Made by a program: the position numbers and the translations under genes | Origin: Elsinoe ampelina | Lineage: Eukaryota | Length of the DNA stretch: 57,382 nucleotides | Assembly (NCBI GenBank): GCA_010093995.1 | Contig: ML992502.1 | Location: forward strand, 323,868-381,249 | Direction: 5' to 3' | The notes under the pieces: generated by a model | What the model was told of the DNA's origin: nothing | Database searches by the model: none | What the model saw: only the letters and a program-made list of their open reading frames with translations | Part shown: positions 1 through 10,565 of the stretch, piece by piece | How the letters are laid out: every line of letters starts with the position of its first letter | How positions within the stretch are numbered: the stretch's first letter is position 1

Positions 1-1
1 C

Positions 2-1890
2 GAGACTAGCGTCAAGACATGGGCCCAACCGGAGAGCGTGCTACCTATACAGAGCGATTCAGTGGCTAAAGACATAGACGCGTATATTCACTCTACAATC
101 GCGACGCGACCTGATCTACATCGATGGCATAAACGGCCAGATGCCCAGCAACTCATCAGACAAAAGCTCTCTGAGAAAGCGGGTGGCATGTATGTAGCCT
201 TGTCTCCATGTTATGATCGAAGACCAGCTGACTGTGTAGGTTTCGGTGGGTGGCCTGCCAGATAGAGACGATCGTAGATTGTATCAGCTATCAGCAGCTC
301 GAATGGGCGCTAAGCCATCTACCAAAGGGCCTGTATGAGACCTACGACAGGATGGTGAGCAGGATCAAGGAGTCAGACAGAGAGGTCGCATTTCGAATAC
401 TGCGATTCTTGATCTACTCGGAGAGACCTATGTCCCTCGAAGAAGCTGCCGATCTCCTGCTGGTGGACACAGAGCAGTCAGTGTTACGAGACAAGAACCG
501 GTATCGTCTACCGAAAACGGAAGAAATCATCCAATTTTGTCCCGGACTGGTTGCCATTGTGCCATCGACGACCGAGGCATCCTCGGCGGTTGAGGCATCC
601 TCGAGCAAGACAGGTCGACTACTGCAGCTGGCCCACTTCTCTGTACAAGAGTATTTCAGGTCGAACCGGATCGATGCTGTAATAAGCGCCGCGTTTGAGA
701 GCCAAGAATCACTTCGGTGCCTTACACTGGTGTCCCTGATTTGTCTTCTGAACTACGATACATCCCTCGACAGATACGATGCATTCTCCGACACACCAGA
801 GGTGGATACTGCATTTCCGCTTGCTCGGTACTGCGCGCGATACTGGACCGTATACGGACGAGGACTACTAAATGTGGACAAAGAGGTACAATCTCTAGCT
901 GATTTACTGTTCGAGCCGGAAGTCATGTACGAGAGATGGCTCAAATTGTATGATCCAGATCGACCATGGGCAGAAACGCCTGAGAGCGGGAACAGGAAAG
1001 ATGCACTATATTGTGCAGCTGCAACAGGTCTTCTTTGGAAGTCTAAACTGCTGATCGAGAAGGGCGCCAACGTCAACGCTGAGGGTGGCTATCACGGCAA
1101 TGCTCTTCAAGCTGCTGCATTTCGTGGACACGAAGCTGTGATTAAGCTGCTCATCGAGAAGGGTGCAAAAGTCAGCGCTCAGGGTGGCAACTACGGCAGT
1201 GCTCTCCAAGCTGCTGCATACAATGGCAATGAGGCTATAGTTAAGCTACTAATCGAGAAGGGCGCCGACGTCAACGCTGAGGGTGGCACTTGCAGCAATG
1301 CTCTCCAAGCTGCTACATTAAGTGGTGACGAGGCTATAGTTAAGCTACTAATCGAGAAGGGCGCCGACGTCAACGCTAAGGGTGGCACTTGCGGCAATGC
1401 TCTCCAAGCTGCTACATTAAGTGGTGACGAGGCTATGGTTAAGCTCCTAATCGAAGAGGGTGCTAACGTCAACGCCGCGGGTGGCTACTATGGCAATGCT
1501 CTCCAAGCTGCTACAGGTCATGAATACGAAGCTATCGTTAAGCTACTAATCGAGAAGGGCGCCAACGTCAACGCTAGGGGTGGCTCCTCTAGTAATGCTC
1601 TCCAAGCTGCCATATATAAAGCCAACGAGGCTATAGTGAAGCTACTGATCGAGAAGGGCGCCGATGTCAACGATAGTGGCATAGATGGCAATGCTCTCCA
1701 AGTTGCTTCATCTCGAGGACACGAAGCTATAGTTAAGCTGCTAATCGAGAAGGGCGCCGACGTCAACGCTAAGGGTGGCAAGTACGGCAATGCTCTCCAA
1801 GCTGCTATATCTCGAAGACACGAAAATTTAGCTAAGCTACTGATCGAGAAGGGCGCTGATGTCAACGCCGAGGGTGACTACGCACAATGA
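2..1890 (+). CDS. 3' part of a probable NACHT/ankyrin-repeat (fungal NLR-like) protein; 5' end lies before the window; intron about 188-239
   Basis: Spliced KAGGM|FRWVACQIE...LPKGLYETYDRM and QLAHFSVQEY motifs are typical of the helical/winged-helix region after fungal NACHT domains. They are followed by about 8 GNALQAA..G.EAIVKLLIEKGADVNA ankyrin repeats. The NACHT P-loop itself is not in the window. Confidence 0.85.
1048..1875 (+). repeat. Coding tandem repeat of about 99 bp (ankyrin units) with high DNA identity
   Basis: ATCGAGAAGGGCGCC.ACGTCAACGCT.AGGGTGGC...GGCAATGCTCTCCAAGCTGC recurs about every 99 nt (one unit is 96 nt). Confidence 0.95.
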
Positions 1891-2183
1891 ACGCGAAGCG
1901 GTTGTCACGAGTTATATACATCATTCATCAGGAGCGGACACGACTCGCACACCTCAATCCTCCCGTTGATCTTCCTGGAGGCACCCTTACTGTAAGCCAC
2001 AGGTTTTCGAATTCTTCGTGGCTTCTCAACGAGTCAGGGTATAACTTGCGCCTTGCGATATCTGAATATATCTCTGATCTATCCATCATTGCCCCGGAGG
2101 TTTCCGATCCAAAGTACGAGATATGCTTCTAGAAATCTATGCTAACGCCGATGACTGCTCAGCTTTCAGTTGACCAGCAATGA

Positions 2184-2933
2184 ATGCTCACATCAAAAAC
2201 TCACAATGGCTATTGTGTCACCGCGACTTTCCTCGAGGACGATGACTGCCTACGTTCCAGCCTACCATCGAGTCCACTCGCAAGATCACCTACAGCACCA
2301 GCGCCACCAGCAGACGGCACCAAACCCAAACTCAAGTTCCAGATCCCAGACAACCCGAACACTCTTCCTCTCCTCATCAAACCCCAGGACAAAGATAAGC
2401 CCATCTCAACCAACCAAGGCACCCAAACCACCCCCACATCCACGGACAAGACTGCCTCAAAGCCCCTCACCACCACAACCGGCACCCAAACCTCCCCACC
2501 AGAAACCCGCATCATCGACACTCTGCGAACCAGCCGCGCCCTCGCCTGTGGCGAAAACACCTCCTCCCTCACCGGCACACTATCCGACACCAGCCCACCC
2601 GCGACCCTCACCACGTCCATCAACCCAGGCTCCCCCATCTCCGCTGGGCCCGCCAACTTGGCCAACGGTAACATCAAAGTCCGAGTGGCGACGGACAACC
2701 GCTACGTGGAACCCTGGGTGCATGTATTCGGGGACTAGCAGGGTAAGATCGAAATCCATCGGGAGTTGAAAGATGGGAGGTTGAGCTTGGCTGAGACGAG
2801 GGTGGATGTGGATCCGTTGTATGCGGTGGAAGGAGGGTTTACCACGGGAGGAATATTGGACTTGGGGCCGAGAGGAGCTGAGAAGTTCGAGGGAGTTGCA
2901 GGGGGAGTTCGGGGGTGTCGTCTGGGCCGTCGT

Positions 2934-2935
<2 letters not shown>
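2184..2935 (+). pseudogene. Disrupted paralog of the secreted protein at 4459-5445
   Basis: Shared segments TKPKLKFQIP/TKPKLSLAIP, TGTQTSP, IIDTLRTSRALACGENT/ILDSLQILREFDFGEDT and VFGD*QGKIEIHRELKDGR/PFGNEAGTIRISRKFKDGK. In-frame TAG at 2736-2738 and no signal peptide. Confidence 0.75.

Positions 2936-2979
<44 letters not shown>
2936..2979. repeat. Poly-G homopolymer, 44 nt
   Basis: Direct count of consecutive G. Confidence 0.95.
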
Positions 2980-2980
<1 letters not shown>

Positions 2981-3621
2981 CCGACGGGGACTGCGTCGAG
3001 ATCGCCGGGGAGGCTGGGGAGTTTGAGCTCGTTGAGTTCTGGGGGGTCGCTGCGGAGGACGTAGGCTTGCGGTCGGGTGGGTTTGGAAGGAGCTGAGTGG
3101 GGGGACCGTGGCGGAGGGCTGCGAGACATCGTTTGGCGGACGGATGCTTCAATCGAGGAGAGCGCTTGTATCGTTGCCGTAAATGAGGATTTGTCCTCAA
3201 TGAATGGCGTACCATCAATCGACGATCTGCTTTGGAGTCCTCATCGGGTTCGTTTGCTCGTCGAACCACGTTTCCGGGTGCTCCAGGCAAGATGACAGTC
3301 GACACTGTCCGCCAGCTTGCTTCTGATGTAGGTGCTGTGGATTGTGAGACCATGGATGAGTCGGACCCTGCTGATGAGCTGGAGCTAGAGGTAGAAGCTG
3401 AGGCTGAACTTCGTGAGGTAGTCGCTTGAGATGAGTTGCTCGATTCAGAAGAGGTCAGGGAAGGCGAGGGGCGGGTATTTTCCGGTTGTATTGGAGGTGG
3501 ACCTTGACGGGCAGGTTGGAGACGAGGAGGCGATGGTGGAGGGGAGGGGAGACCCGGCGTCTGCGCTTGAACTTGAGGTTGTGGAGGGGAATATGTAGCT
3601 TGATTAGTCGAAGGCCTAGCG

Positions 3622-3726
3622 AGGGTCGCTGGTAGGGCTTGAGGTCGCTGGTAGAGCTTGAGGTCGCTGGTAGGGCTTGAGGTCGTTGGTAGGGCTTGAG
3701 GGCGCTGGTAGGGCTTGAGGGCGCTG
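3622..3726. repeat. Minisatellite with 19-bp unit GAGGTCGCTGGTAGGGCTT, about 5.5 copies
   Basis: Units start at about 3622, 3641, 3660, 3679, 3698 and 3717. Confidence 0.95.
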
Positions 3727-4458
3727 TGGCTGTGATGGTTGAGAAGGTGGAAGTTGCGGTCTACTCGGTGGTGGCGAAGGGGGTCGGTCTGATGAGTGAA
3801 AGGTGTTCGCTGCTGGTGTGCTTGTCACCCAGTCCGATGTTCTTTGCTGGGGCGTAATCTTAGTATGGTTTGTGTTGGGGGGGTGTGCTTTGTCGGCAAG
3901 TCCTTGCTCCCGAGCCGTCTGGTCGGGGTTTCTGGTAGGAGTTGACATGTTCCTCATGATGCTTTGGATTCGTGGTGATCGGAAAGCAGCTGCTTACAGC
4001 GAAAAGGTGGTAGTAGTAGTAACTATGAAACTCATTGCGACAATCATTCTACGGCGACGATGGTGCATGAGTGGGACTCACCTCCATATGTCAACTTCAT
4101 GATATGCCATTTTACGTATTGTGTGCTTCTCCGGTCAGATGGTTTGTTCTTGATCTGTCCCAACTTGAGTCCACCTGTCTTTACGTCGCAAAATAAGCAA
4201 GGCTCTGGCAAATGCCGTCAGTATTTGTGCTACTGGTGAGATCACTCAGTGGAGCAGAGTACCGCTTGCCTTCCTTCTGGAATCTAGGATCTCATGACGA
4301 TAGTCCGGAAGCATCGGTAGATTCTTTGCCGGTGTACTTGTGGCACATTCCGTCTATCCAAGTGTGAAATCCTGTCTGTCATGTGTCGTCGCCATCGTAG
4401 AATAAAAGCAAACTGCATCGTACGAAGCTAATGCCCTCGACCATAGCCCATTTTGGTC

Positions 4459-5445
4459 ATGCTGATAGCATCTCTCCTGACTTCGGTGCTGCTGGTCAGC
4501 CAAGCGGTCGCTGCACCCCTCCACAATGCACAGCTACAAACCCGTGCATCATCCGTGACACCCGTCTCTCCTGCGGGAGGTGTTCACGTACCGATATCTC
4601 CGTCTTCGGCAGCCTCGTCGCCGGGGGGCGTTTCTGTCGGCTCTTCTCCACCTTCATCGCCAGCGCCTGCAGTGCAGCCAGTTACACAGTCGACGGACAC
4701 GACGAAGCCAAAACTGTCCTTAGCTATCCCATCCAATACACCGGCCACTCCGCCACAAGAAGTCTTGCCGGGCGGCAAGGATGAGGCATCTGCACCAACC
4801 AAGCCGGGAACCACAGATCAGTCAACGCAGCCGCCCTCTAAGCCTGCAATGACCGATAGTGAAACTCAGACGACGTCAAACCCAGCGGGTGTCGGCCAGA
4901 CTGCCCAATCCAAGCCCACTTACGCCTCAACGGGTACCCAGACTTCTCCGACAACTTCTCCGACCGGAAAATTGATACTTGATAGCTTGCAAATCCTTAG
5001 AGAATTCGACTTTGGAGAGGACACATTCTTGGTCAAAGCTCACGTCACTGATTCGCGGTATAAGCCTTTGATCGCGACACAAATCAATCGTGATGCTCCC
5101 GCCGAGACCAACAACGTGGATTTTGCCAAGACAGAGAACGTGATGCTAGAACTTGCGTTCGACGACCCCTCTCTCACGCTGTATATTATACCATTCGGCA
5201 ATGAAGCGGGCACGATAAGGATTTCGAGAAAGTTCAAAGACGGCAAAGAAACCGAAGCAGAAGCAAAGGTGCAGATGGGCAGTCTCTTTGAAAAGGGGAA
5301 AGACTCCTACGTGGGTAAGCACATCGTGTTGGGGCTCGAAGGAGAGGTATTTACCAGAGTTATCAGCGGTAGTCCGACTAGCTCAATGGGTAGCGGTTCG
5401 CCAGGTGGTTCCCCCTCACCTGGCGGAGCCGTGCGACCTCCGTAG
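4459..5445 (+). CDS. Secreted protein with a Ser/Pro/Thr-rich linker and an unknown C-terminal globular domain (effector candidate)
   Basis: MLIASLLTSVLLVSQAVA|AP signal-peptide-like N-terminus; intact ORF; paralog at 2184-2935. Confidence 0.8.
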   Translation: MLIASLLTSVLLVSQAVAAPLHNAQLQTRASSVTPVSPAGGVHVPISPSSAASSPGGVSVGSSPPSSPAPAVQPVTQSTDTTKPKLSLAIPSNTPATPPQEVLPGGKDEASAPTKPGTTDQSTQPPSKPAMTDSETQTTSNPAGVGQTAQSKPTYASTGTQTSPTTSPTGKLILDSLQILREFDFGEDTFLVKAHVTDSRYKPLIATQINRDAPAETNNVDFAKTENVMLELAFDDPSLTLYIIPFGNEAGTIRISRKFKDGKETEAEAKVQMGSLFEKGKDSYVGKHIVLGLEGEVFTRVISGSPTSSMGSGSPGGSPSPGGAVRPP

Positions 5446-6131
5446 TTAAGACAGTCGTGTCGAGCGCTCCAAGCTTGACAGAGAGAAGGCGCGAGGATGC
5501 CCAAATTTGGTAATTCGCTGATCTGGAACGTTCATAGATGGTGAGGAGTGCGGATCCATGTAGGGTCGTTGGACAGGTCCAAGAAGATGAGGGACCCGAG
5601 TCCACGACACTGGCTCAAGCTGTTGTACCCGGTCACTGTATATAGCGAGCCAATGGTGATAAAAGTTCGACGTCTGTTTGATGTCAGTGAAGAAAGATAG
5701 ATAGTTCATAGTTGACAGATGTCGTCAGCGAAGCTGCGGCTCCGCAAAACGCCACCTTGCCAAACCTCGGCGTCCAGCCTCCCTTCACAACTTCATCTGC
5801 TTTCCACTTCACCTCGATCAAATTGACACGTCTCGCGACGTAACCTCAATCAAGAACCACTGTCCGAGACTTTCAGCCTTTGGAGGGGCATCTTCTTGCA
5901 AAAATCAGGCGCTCCCTAGCTCGTCTGGGATTACCTTGTCAAGTACCGAAGTGCAGCACTCCTGCGGATGACGAAGAGACAACGTAGGTAACCACTTGAA
6001 GGAGTCAGGAATGTTTCGGTGTTCATGATCTTGTCTGTCTTTTGCAATTAGACCGCCGCCAGCATAAAGCAAGCATCGGGCCACCGCCGCAGGTGAGATC
6101 GTCGAGAAGCCCCTCACACTTCCATGCAGAC

Positions 6132-6724
6132 ATGCATTTCCATTTCCTTGTGTATCTTTGTTGCGTCTTTAATACTCTGACTATATGTTCTCCTACCACA
6201 GACAGAGCTTTCCCCGTCAAGCGCTCTGTAGGTCCACCATATATTCCAAGACCCGGACCCCTACCCAATCCCCTAGCATCGCACCCGGTTCAGCCACAAT
6301 CTCAGTTGCAACAGCACTCTAGCTCAGGACCATTACCGTCTGCTGTTCAGGAGGATACCGCCAAAGTACTGTCACTCTTTGACATTTCACTGCACCTGAC
6401 CGGGTCTGCCACCGCTTCGCCTACTCGGGGCACACTATCTTTCGAGCTTGAACACAGTCGCAATGGTGACATACCGGGATACAAGCGAGTATTCCCGCCA
6501 ACACAGATCACTTTGCCATCGACACTAGGACAAAGCTCCAGCCGTATCGTGATACCTGATCCGCAGAATCAGCAGCCAAAGTTCGCCTTTGAGTTCAAAA
6601 GACTGGATACGCAGAGACTGAATTGGTTGATTCATAGGAACAGTATGACATTACTACTCAAAAAGCGTTCACTTTGAATCAACTAACAGCGGGTATCGCC
6701 CACATCGACTTTCCTCCACGATGA
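6132..6724 (+). CDS. Small secreted protein (effector candidate); probable intron 6643-6689
   Basis: MHFHFLVYLCCVFNTLTIC hydrophobic leader and VKR Kex2-like site. A GTATGA...CTAACAG intron gives the C-terminus RNTGIAHIDFPPR*. Confidence 0.65.
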
Positions 6725-6790
6725 TGAAGCACGTGGTACAATATCTGCACGAGTTCATCGAACTTCCTTATCATCGAGCGCCGTCTCTCG

Positions 6791-7459
6791 TCACTGGCTT
6801 GCATCACCGGACAGCCCCCTCCTGCGCAATTCGCCATTTTTGAGCAATGTATAATAGACTGTCAAGTACGGCACCGTTTGGCTCGAGGAGTGCGGCGTAT
6901 CTCGGAAGTGAAGTCGCACATTCGCCACGTCCTGCGCAGGAATGATGTACGCGACCTGCGGTCTGTGCGTAGAGATGAACAACGGATCTCTGTTACCGCC
7001 ACGAGATCCTGGGTATGTGACAGGTCCGGCGGTACCGTCAAGGTCCATGATGATGCTGACGGATTCGACCGAGTGATCGAAGTTGTTGTTGATCCGGAAC
7101 ATAACATTGAGGTCGCCGTTGGCCAAGGGAGTGATGGTCGTATCGAAGACCTCCTGGGTGCGGCGACGTACAGTTCCTGTCGTACCAGCGGGTGGGCTCT
7201 CGACCGGGATGGGCATCTCGAAGCTCTGAGCCTGCTTCTTCTTGGACTTCACTTTTGGAAGAGGTTCGCGGAATGGGTTACATCTGTCGAAGAAGCAATT
7301 CCAAAACCCGGCACGCTTGAACAGATGGGGTTCGGCGAAGTCGTCCAGCACGTTTGAGTCTTGGAAGGTCGGAGTAGGTGAGGTCTTTGTTGGCATGCCA
7401 AGGGCTCCAGGGAGGAGCGTGCCAACGGCGAGGGAGCCGAGGATGAGTGTTAGCTTCAT
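6791..7459 (-). CDS. Secreted protein of 222 aa (effector candidate)
   Basis: MKLTLILGSLAVGTLLPGALG signal-peptide-like leader, LFKR Kex2-like site, basic KVKSKKK stretch, TATATA at about 7548-7554 upstream. Confidence 0.8.
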   Translation of the reverse strand: MKLTLILGSLAVGTLLPGALGMPTKTSPTPTFQDSNVLDDFAEPHLFKRAGFWNCFFDRCNPFREPLPKVKSKKKQAQSFEMPIPVESPPAGTTGTVRRRTQEVFDTTITPLANGDLNVMFRINNNFDHSVESVSIIMDLDGTAGPVTYPGSRGGNRDPLFISTHRPQVAYIIPAQDVANVRLHFRDTPHSSSQTVPYLTVYYTLLKNGELRRRGLSGDASQ

Positions 7460-8112
7460 AGTGGGGAGAACGATAACGATGTTTCGGTCTGTTGATGAGG
7501 TGTGTATTGCTTGCCAGTATGGAGTTCTTCAGTGGCCAGCAATCAGATTATATATTGCTCAAGAACATGACGGGGGGGGATTGCAGTGGTACTTGACCTA
7601 TCAAGGGCAGAGTCTATTCTTGGTTCTGAAGTCTATCCTTAGATCATTGATGACATTCATGACAAGTATTTCATCTTGCTTTGCTAGCTCCATGTTCCAT
7701 GACAGGGCAATATCGACATGAACCAAGGTGGTGAATTCCATTGGTATCAGAATAGGGCAGGATGAGGTGAATTCATCTCGAACGAGAGGTCTACTCTTGG
7801 GCAATAATTCAGACTCGGTCGAGGAAGCGAACAATTTTCGAGTAGGCAGTGTTATGCTCTCTTGTCAGTGTGTCGTGAATTGCAGCATGGTTGCCATCAG
7901 CGTTCCTCAACGCCTACGGTATCGCCACCAGCCGGTCCGCGGGCAATCTCGGACTTTGACAAACCGAGTGTTTTTCACCAAAATAGCATCGAAACTCAAC
8001 GACACGTGGTCATATGTATTGCGTTGCATTACCACTGGCCGACCACGGTTCATAGCTACCTGACCTAGGAACAAGCCTGTTACCAGTATCGTATGCAAGA
8101 CATCAGGCCAAA

Positions 8113-9315
8113 ATGCCCTCTCGCCGCAAGTCCCCCGGCCCGCTCAATCCACGGCCCCCGGTAGCCTTGGACAGCAAGCTCACCTCTCCAATCCCTTCAC
8201 CGTCCCTGACTTCACCTCTCCGCCCCATCCTTCGCAAGAAGAAATCCGTCACGTTTCACCCCTCGACCAAAATCTCCGCATCGCAACAATCGACCCCCAA
8301 CCCTTCCACCGGCACCTGGTCCACCTCCCCGAACAATCCCCCGACTGCAACCCTTTTCAACGACCCCATCTCCACCCTTCCCCCGACCCACCCCATCCCT
8401 CCCCCTCTCCAGCCCCCATCCATCTGGTCCCCCCGCCTCCTCGACTACGCCCACCTTCCCCCCTGGCGGCACGACAACGCCTACATCCTCTCGTCCTACC
8501 GGCCGCAGACCTTCTCTCACTCCGCATCCCTCCCCTCCCTATTCTACCTCCACAACGAGTCCTGCAACATCTGGTCGCACCTCGTCGGACTATTCTTCTT
8601 CGCCGCTTTTGGGACGTACTTCGTATCACACCTCGGGGATATCTACCCCAACCATTCCGAAGGGGATTGGTTCGCCTTCCTGGCTTTCTTCGTGGGCGTG
8701 AGTATTTGTCTGGCCGCGAGCGCGAGTTTTCATCTCTTCTCCGCGATTGGGCCAGTGGAGGCGCGGAAGTGGAACGGCGTCGACTATGCGGGCATTGTGG
8801 CTTGTATTTGGGGGAGTTTTGTCGCGGCGTTGCATTTTGGGTTTGATGAGCAGCATGCGGGGGCGAGGAGAAGGTACGAGGGTATGATCACGGTGTTGGG
8901 CGCGGCGTGTGTTGGGGTGAGCGTGATGGGCAGGTTTAGGACGCCGGGATGGAGGAAGTGGAGAGCGGGCATGTTTGTGGCGTTGGGGTTGAGTGCGGTG
9001 GTGCCGGTTGGGCATGGAGTGGGCCTGTACGGGTTGGAAGGGTTGGAGAGAAGGATGGCGTTGAGCTGGGTGGTGAGGCAGGGGGTGTTGTATGTGGTAG
9101 GGGCGGGGTTGTATGCTGTATGATCTGGTCTCTGGTCGCTTGAAAACTTCACGCTGATATGGTTCCAGGCACGAATACCGGAACGTTGGGCACCAGGCCG
9201 CTTCGACGTATGGGGTTCAAGTCATCAAATATTCCACGTGTTGGTGGTGGCGGCGGCATTAGCTCACCTCAAGGGATTACTTCAAGCAATGAACTATAGG
9301 CACAGCCTGGTCTGA
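8113..9315 (+). CDS. PAQR / haemolysin-III family (IZH-like) membrane protein; intron 9118-9168
   Basis: HNESCNIWSH, SASFHLF, DYAGI and, after splicing, RIPERWAPGRFDVWGSSHQIFHVLVV motifs. Confidence 0.93.
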
Positions 9316-9504
9316 TACAGCACCCTTCACGGCACTTCTCGAGATCTGGAACACTCTCGCATAGATGGAGGGAGGCTACATATCAGTCATGAAGCACTGC
9401 AGCAACTGTGCTGTTGCGGGAGGTCATTTAAAACACGAATAATATCATGCCCGTATCATGCTTACCTTGCGATTGAAGCTATGCTTTGCTGGTGAATGGT
9501 ACTC

Positions 9505-9562
9505 GTCGTGCATGGGAAACGTGGGCCAGTCGTGCATGGGAAACGTGGGCCAGTCGTGCATG
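9505..9562. repeat. 24-bp direct tandem repeat, about 2.4 copies, intergenic
   Basis: GTCGTGCATGGGAAACGTGGGCCA x2 plus GTCGTGCATG. Confidence 0.85.
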
Positions 9563-10565
9563 CACTAAATTCCATTGTAGACTCTAGAAGCAAATGAAGT
9601 ACAGATGAAGTCGGCATGTCAAATGTCACGTGCCCGGCGCAGATGCAAGCCGTACCTGCAGGATCGAGCTGTGCGTCATGGTGCACGATAACGTTTCCCA
9701 TCGACTTTGAAGGCTTGAACACAGTTTGTGTGGCCGAGTGGGCGATCTGGTCTGGTCCGTGAAAAGGCGGAGATGGATCCACAGCCTGACGACATGGTCA
9801 AAAGTCAATGTATTGCTGGCCTTTTGTGTTTGCAAGACAAATGACGAAGACATGCAAGCATTGGATCTGCACATAATTAGCAACGGCTGCAGGACTTAGC
9901 GCTGCAAGCTCTATACGAGCAAATACCGACAGACAGGTTGAGATCACCAAAAGATCATCACTAGCCGCTGTCAAGCAAGCCACATGGAAAATTCCATACC
10001 CATCAGAAAGAGACAAAGGGTCGGCGCTAAAAAGAAGGAATCAAAAATAGGCTCGGCAAGGGTACACGCGTGCAAAACAAGCAAAACACAGAAAAGGTGC
10101 CGAAACAAGCGAATGAGAGAGTTTTGGTTGGGCGGGCGGCGGGCGCGAATTTTCCATTTGTTTGATACGATGGAAAGGCGACTTTCACGAATGATGAAGC
10201 GGCAAACCGGCCGGCGTCACATCATCGATGAAGCTCCAATCGTTGGGGATCAAGGGACAACTTTTTCTCGTACCCGTCCACACCACCACTCAAACAGAAT
10301 CGACCAGCTGGTTTCTGGTTGTTCTTTTACGTCTTTCGTTTCATCTTCTCTCCACTTTCGCCCACATCAATCCTACCAGGCCGAACAGCTAGCCTTTCCC
10401 CTGCCCTGCCTGTCATTTCCACCACCACCGTCTGCTATCGATAGCCGCGCCATCACTCGCTTGCGGCGGATGATAACAATTCGGACGACCTTTCGAATGA
10501 GTTTCTGAAGCTCTCTCGTGTCTTTTGTTTCCAGCGAGGAGGAGCAGCTTCATCAAGCATTCGCC

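Larger units (their letters stand above)
2839..4047 (-). pseudogene. Fragmented Pro/Ser-rich, possibly secreted protein gene
   Basis: MIVAMSFIVTTTTTFSL*AAAF leader with TAA at 3996-3994, then P/S/Q-rich coding-like segments in successive frames (3957-3616, about 3640-3230, about 3225-2839). Confidence 0.45.

Noticed and set aside
3622..3726. Short direct repeats as a CRISPR array
   Set aside because: Units are contiguous with no spacers and the genome is eukaryotic; this is a minisatellite.
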